DNA of 32,962 nucleotides from Acidimicrobiia bacterium (GTDB lineage: Bacteria > Actinomycetota > Acidimicrobiia > Spongiisociales > SHLN01), in assembly GCA_041619515.1 (NCBI GenBank), contig JBFKDW010000027.1, positions 1 to 32,962 of the forward strand, in the 5' to 3' direction. Positions within the stretch are counted from its first letter, which is position 1, and each line of letters starts with the position of its first letter. Shown piece by piece: positions 28,630 to 32,962 of this stretch. Position numbers and translations under genes: made by a program. The notes below the pieces were generated by a model that saw only the letters and a list, made by a program, of their open reading frames with translations, searched no databases and was not told the origin of the DNA.

Positions 28630-30000
28630 TCATCGGCGGGGGACGAACACTCCCCGGCCCGGGCGGGTCGCATCGGCCGACCCCCCGGCCACCGTCTCGC
28701 CTGCCGCGATCACCGCAGCCGGCCGACCGGCAAGCTCGAGCCCTTCGTAGGGGGTGTAGCCGACGTTGTCGTGGAGATCCTGCCACCGGATCAGGGAGAC
28801 AGACTCGTCCCACACGACCAGGTCGGCGTCGGCGCCGATCTCGAGCGATCCTTTGCGAGGGAACATGCCACACGCCCGGGCCGGGTTGGTGGATACCAGG
28901 CGGACGAAGTCGGTGACGTCCAGCACGCCGGTATACACGCCCGCGGTGTATAGGAGCCCGGGCCGCAGCTCGATCCCCGGCAGCCCATTGGCCGCCTCGG
29001 TGAAGGCAGTCTGCGGGCCCCGCGGGAGCTTCTGCGCCAGGGTGTACGGTGAATGATCCGAAGCGACGATGTCGATCTCGCCGGCCGCGAGTTGCTCCAG
29101 CAGGGCCCCCCGCTCCAGCCCGCCCCGCAACGGCGGGCTGCACAGATACGGTGCGGCGGCCTCCATCGGCTGATTCAGCCTGCTCTCGTCGAGCAGCAAG
29201 TAGTGGGGGCAGGTCTCGGCTATCACCTCCACCCCCCGCGCGCGAGCGGCGACCGCCAGCTCGATCGCCCCGGGTATCGAGACGTGGGCCAGGTACACCG
29301 CGGCACCCACCGTTTCGGCGAGCGCAATCGCCTCGGCCACTCCGGACCACTCGGCGGCCCGGCTGTGGGAGAAGGCGTGCGAGGCTGCTCCCAGTTTCCC
29401 AGCAGCCAGCCGCTGCTCCCGGCCCCAGGTGACGATGCTGTCGGACTCGGCGTGCACCATGACCGGGAGCCCGGCCCGGCGAGCCGCGTTCATCACCTCG
29501 AGAGCGGCCATCCCCTCCAGTTTGAGCCGGTCGTAGGTGAGGTAGATCTTCACCGCGGCGATGCCGTCGGCCGCCACCGAGGCCAGCTCGTCGGCGGCAC
29601 TGCCGGAGAAGTCGGTGACGATGACGTGCAGGCCGTAGTCGATGGTCATCTGGCGGGCGGCCCGCTCGAGGGCGTCGTCAACCACCGACCGGATCGACTG
29701 GCCCCGGTGCTGGGCGGCGAACGGCACGACGGTGGTGGTTCCCCCGAAGGCTGCCGACCGGGAGCCCGTCCAGAAATCATCGGCGGTGACGTCACCTTTC
29801 GACGAGATCTGGCCAAGGTGAACATGGCAGTCCACACCCCCCGGAAGCACGTAGCGGCCGTCGGCATCGAGCTCGGCATCACCGCCGGCGAGCGACGGGC
29901 CGATGGCGGCGATGCGCCCGTCTTTCACGCCCAGATCGCCTTCGGTCACGGCGTGGGAGTCGGCGAGCCGTCCCCGGCGGATCACCAGATCGAAGCTCAC
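28630..30000 (-). CDS. hydA: Dihydropyrimidinase / D-hydantoinase (cyclic amidohydrolase)
   Basis: PGGVDCHVH, AAFGGTTT, KIYLTY, VHAE, HVS, AETCPHYL, SPPLR, SDHSP, GADADLVVWD. GTG30000 overlaps the upstream stop. Confidence 0.88.
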   Translation of the reverse strand: MSFDLVIRRGRLADSHAVTEGDLGVKDGRIAAIGPSLAGGDAELDADGRYVLPGGVDCHVHLGQISSKGDVTADDFWTGSRSAAFGGTTTVVPFAAQHRGQSIRSVVDDALERAARQMTIDYGLHVIVTDFSGSAADELASVAADGIAAVKIYLTYDRLKLEGMAALEVMNAARRAGLPVMVHAESDSIVTWGREQRLAAGKLGAASHAFSHSRAAEWSGVAEAIALAETVGAAVYLAHVSIPGAIELAVAARARGVEVIAETCPHYLLLDESRLNQPMEAAAPYLCSPPLRGGLERGALLEQLAAGEIDIVASDHSPYTLAQKLPRGPQTAFTEAANGLPGIELRPGLLYTAGVYTGVLDVTDFVRLVSTNPARACGMFPRKGSLEIGADADLVVWDESVSLIRWQDLHDNVGYTPYEGLELAGRPAAVIAAGETVAGGSADATRPGRGVFVPRR

Positions 30001-30929
30001 ACCGACCGTATCTCGGTGATCGGCCGTCCGGTGGCGCGCTCCAGCCTCCCCAGCAGTGCATCGAGCTCGGCGAGGTCTCGCTCGCTCAGCGGGCCGGCCG
30101 GGAACCGCGCCCTGGCGGTGCCGATGGCTCCCCGACGGCGCAGGATCTCCTTGCGGGTTGCGATGCCGGTCCGCAGCTCGTGCCGGTTGACCGGCAAGTA
30201 GCGATCGAAGAGGTCTTCGGCCTCTTCGGCTCGTCCTCGCCGGAACAGCTCGATGACCCCCACCAGGACGTCGGGGAAGGCAAAGCCGGTCATCGCCCCG
30301 TCCGATCCGCGGGCCAGCTCCTGCACGAGGTGGATTCCGTTGTTCCCGGTGAAGATGGTCACGGCGCGCATCCCTGCCTGCTCGGCTTCCCGAATCGCCG
30401 ACAGCTTGCCGAGACCCGGCTCGTCCTCCAGCTTCAACATCACCACGCTCGGACATTCCTCGAGCACCATTCGCCAGGCATCGAGAGAGATGTGCACGCC
30501 GTTCGCTTTTGGGAAATCCTGCACGCAGATCGGGACGTCGTGCCCCAGAGCGGCGGCGGCGGCCCGGAAGTACCCGGCGACCGCACGGTCTCCCAACAGC
30601 CCGGCCAGAGGCTGCAGCAGCACTCCGGCGCCCCCGAGCTCCATCGCGTGCGCACCAAGCGACTGCACGCGCTGGAGCGAAGCATCGGACACTCCGACAA
30701 TGACCGGTACCCGGCCGTCGATGGCGGCGACCGCCTGCTCGACCACGGTGCGGGCATCGGCGTCGGTCATGCGGTTTGCCTCACCCATCACGCCGAGCAG
30801 AGCCACCCCGTCCGCGCCACAGTCGAGGTAGAACTGCATCAGACGGCCAAGGTCGTCGAAATCGACGTTGCCGGTGTCGTCGAGCGGCGTGACCGAAATA
30901 GCGACGAATCCGCCGTCCGGCAAGGTCAT
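29997..30929 (-). CDS. Dihydrodipicolinate synthase (DapA/NAL) family aldolase or dehydratase
   Basis: VTPLDDTGNVDF, LGVMGEA, GRVPVIVG, QDFP, Schiff-base Lys in MLKLED, GAMTG. Lacks the GTTGE of true DapA. Confidence 0.85.
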   Translation of the reverse strand: MTLPDGGFVAISVTPLDDTGNVDFDDLGRLMQFYLDCGADGVALLGVMGEANRMTDADARTVVEQAVAAIDGRVPVIVGVSDASLQRVQSLGAHAMELGGAGVLLQPLAGLLGDRAVAGYFRAAAAALGHDVPICVQDFPKANGVHISLDAWRMVLEECPSVVMLKLEDEPGLGKLSAIREAEQAGMRAVTIFTGNNGIHLVQELARGSDGAMTGFAFPDVLVGVIELFRRGRAEEAEDLFDRYLPVNRHELRTGIATRKEILRRRGAIGTARARFPAGPLSERDLAELDALLGRLERATGRPITEIRSV

Positions 30930-31558
30930 GTCTCTCCCCGTCCCAGGGCCCGACGGGCGGCGTCGACCGCCGCCCGACATGGATCCACGACGGGCGTGCC
31001 GAGCTCCCGTTCCAGCCGCCCCTGCATGTGGGTCATCCCGGTACAGCCGAGGACGATCACGTCCGCCCCCGCCGCCACGAGATCACGGCCCGCCTGCAAC
31101 GCCCGGTCGAATGCCTGCTCGGTGTCCAGTTCGAGCACCCCGAGCCCGAGGGCAATGTCGGCGACCACCCGGTCCTCGACCCCCAGCCTCGCCCAGTAGC
31201 GAGCGTGGCGGGGCAGCGAATCCTGGACACTCGAGATGACTCCCACCCGGCGTCCCAGTTCGAGCGCCCGGGCAACGGCAGACTCGGCGATTCCGAACGC
31301 CGGGGCCGTGCTCTCGGCGCGCAATGCATCCAGGCCGGGATCGGAGAAGCAGGCGACCACCACCGCGGACGCATCGTGCGAGCGGGCCACCTCCAGCATG
31401 GGATCGACCGCTGCGGCCACGTCCCGGTCCGTCTCGATGGCCGCCGGGCCTGCTCGGGACGTGACCACCCGAACCCCGGCGCGTGAGCCGACCGCGTGGC
31501 GAATCTGGACCGAGATTGCCTCCGAACTGTTCGGGTTGATGACGAGAATCGGTTCGAT
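30926..31558 (-). CDS. Asp/Glu/hydantoin racemase family protein (apparent ATC start)
   Basis: EPILVINPNSS N-terminal signature, ACFSDPG, GIAES, LGCTGM, PVVDP. AGGAG lies 7 nt before ATC31558. Confidence 0.85.
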   Translation of the reverse strand: MEPILVINPNSSEAISVQIRHAVGSRAGVRVVTSRAGPAAIETDRDVAAAVDPMLEVARSHDASAVVVACFSDPGLDALRAESTAPAFGIAESAVARALELGRRVGVISSVQDSLPRHARYWARLGVEDRVVADIALGLGVLELDTEQAFDRALQAGRDLVAAGADVIVLGCTGMTHMQGRLERELGTPVVDPCRAAVDAARRALGRGET

Positions 31559-31694
31559 GGCCGCGCTCCTGTGTCTTGCGGGCTCCCCACACTACGCAGG
31601 CCGTCGGCCGCCCCGACCGCACGACCGGAGATCTCAACGCCCCCGCCTCGAGGCGTAGGCTGGGGGGCGGAGCGCGGACGGAAGTCTGGCCGAG

Positions 31695-32962
31695 ATGAAA
31701 CAGGTTTCGAACGGCACGTGGGCGAGACTGGAGCCTCCCGGGCCCATGCGGCAGAGCGAAGCTGTCGCCGAGGCCAACCGGTGCCTCATGTGCTGGGACG
31801 CTCCCTGCACGCGGGCCTGCCCCACCCACATCGACGTCCCCCGGTTCATCAAGCAGATCGCCACAGACGATCTCCTCGGATCGTCCCGCACCATCCTCGG
31901 GGCCAACATCCTCGGTGCCTCGTGTGCGCGGGTGTGTCCGACCGAGGTGCTCTGCGAGGGAGCATGTGTCCTCCACGACCTGCACGAGCGTCCCATCGAG
32001 ATCGGCCGCCTGCAGGGCTACGCCACCGATCCGGTGGTATTCGGGGGCCGGCAGATCTTCCAAGCAGGTCCGCCGAACGGTAGGAAGGTGGCGGTCGTCG
32101 GAGGCGGGCCGGCCGGGCTGAGCTGCACTGCCGAGCTCACCAGGCTCGGTCACCGGGCGGTCATGTTCGACGCCGCCGACGCCCCGGGAGGGCTCAACAC
32201 CTACGGCGTCGCCGACTACAAGATGACGCCTCAGACCTCACTAGCCGAAATCGACTGGGTGCTCTCCCATGGGGGCGAGCTGCGGTCCGGCGTGCGGGTG
32301 GGGGTCGACGTGACGGTGGATGCGCTGCTGGAGGAATACGACGCCCTGTTCATGGGCACCGGCCTGGGAGGAGTGCCTCCGCTCGGCATCCCCGGAGAGG
32401 ACACTCCCGGGGTCGAGGACGCGCTCGATTTCATCGCTGCGCTGAAGACACGACCACGGGTGGAGACAGGGTTGGAAGGTGAACGAGTGGCGGTCATCGG
32501 CGGCGGCAACACCGCCATCGATGCCTGCACCCAATCATCGCGACTGGGGGCCGACAAGGTGTATCTCGTCTACCGGCGGGGCCGGGAGCACATGCGCGCC
32601 TACGACCATGAGATCGCCAAAGCACGGTCGGACGGGGTCGAGTTCGTCTACTGGGCCGTGCCGGTCGCCGTCCACGGCGGATCACACGTCTCGACGCTCA
32701 CCTGCCGGCGCACCGAGCTCGGTGAGCGGGGGCCGGATGGACGGGCGCGGGTCGAGCCGGTGGATGGGACCGACTTCGGCCTGGACGTATCTCGCGTGCT
32801 CCGGGCCACCGGCCAGGCCACGTACAGGTCGTTCTATGAATCAATCCCGGGCATTCAGCTCGATTCCGGCGGGCGGGTCGTGGTCGACGATGGTTACCAC
32901 ACCGGACATGCCCGAATCTGGGCGGGGGGCGATTGCGTGAACGGCGGCAAAGAGGTCGTGAA
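31695..32962 (+). CDS. preT: Dihydropyrimidine dehydrogenase subunit A (PreT)/GltD-like Fe-S flavoprotein, truncated by the window end
   Basis: My translation from ATG31695: EANRCLMCWDAPCTRACPTHIDVPRFI, SCARVCPTEVLCEGAC, VAVVGGGPAGL, VIGGGNTAIDA, YRRG, WAGGDCVNGGKEVV. It is absent from the ORF track because there is no stop in the window. Confidence 0.85.
   Translation, partial: MKQVSNGTWARLEPPGPMRQSEAVAEANRCLMCWDAPCTRACPTHIDVPRFIKQIATDDLLGSSRTILGANILGASCARVCPTEVLCEGACVLHDLHERPIEIGRLQGYATDPVVFGGRQIFQAGPPNGRKVAVVGGGPAGLSCTAELTRLGHRAVMFDAADAPGGLNTYGVADYKMTPQTSLAEIDWVLSHGGELRSGVRVGVDVTVDALLEEYDALFMGTGLGGVPPLGIPGEDTPGVEDALDFIAALKTRPRVETGLEGERVAVIGGGNTAIDACTQSSRLGADKVYLVYRRGREHMRAYDHEIAKARSDGVEFVYWAVPVAVHGGSHVSTLTCRRTELGERGPDGRARVEPVDGTDFGLDVSRVLRATGQATYRSFYESIPGIQLDSGGRVVVDDGYHTGHARIWAGGDCVNGGKEVV

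Noticed and set aside
29997..30929. Calling this gene dapA (lysine biosynthesis)
   Set aside because: It has GVMGE instead of GTTGE and QDFP instead of YNVP, and sits in a catabolic operon.
31695..32962. Calling this gene gltD
   Set aside because: No gltB upstream, and the hydantoinase neighbourhood favours PreT. Confirmation needs preA beyond the window.

Overview
High-GC, gene-dense bacterial chromosomal segment. Gene content and style suggest an actinobacterium, possibly Acidimicrobiia (inference only). I see no rRNA, tRNA, CRISPR array or mobile element. Recognisable genes: Flp pilin, PspC, MarC, an HTTM-domain pair, a TetA(P)-like MFS, OsmC, FabH, the circularly permuted ATP-grasp/alpha-E/transglutaminase trio, YwiC-like, a HAD-IB hydrolase, MscS, malic enzyme, proline dehydrogenase, aceE, arsM-sigZ, and a racemase/DapA-like/hydantoinase operon divergent from a PreT-like oxidoreductase. 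Three things are missed by the ORF track. (1) A 30-codon gene (12360-12452, -) is almost pure signal peptide plus a C-terminal AVVNIR. It has its own strong RBS and a downstream hairpin, and lies directly behind a ~1270-aa wHTH-BTAD-NTPase-TPR-HTH regulator. This is a candidate peptide-signalling (quorum-sensing-like) pair and the best candidate for a new system. (2) A peroxiredoxin-like selenoprotein (27016-27546, -) has an in-frame UGA in a UxxC motif followed by a SECIS-like hairpin. (3) The racemase gene appears to start at a non-canonical ATC codon. All family calls come from motif recognition by eye, not database searches.
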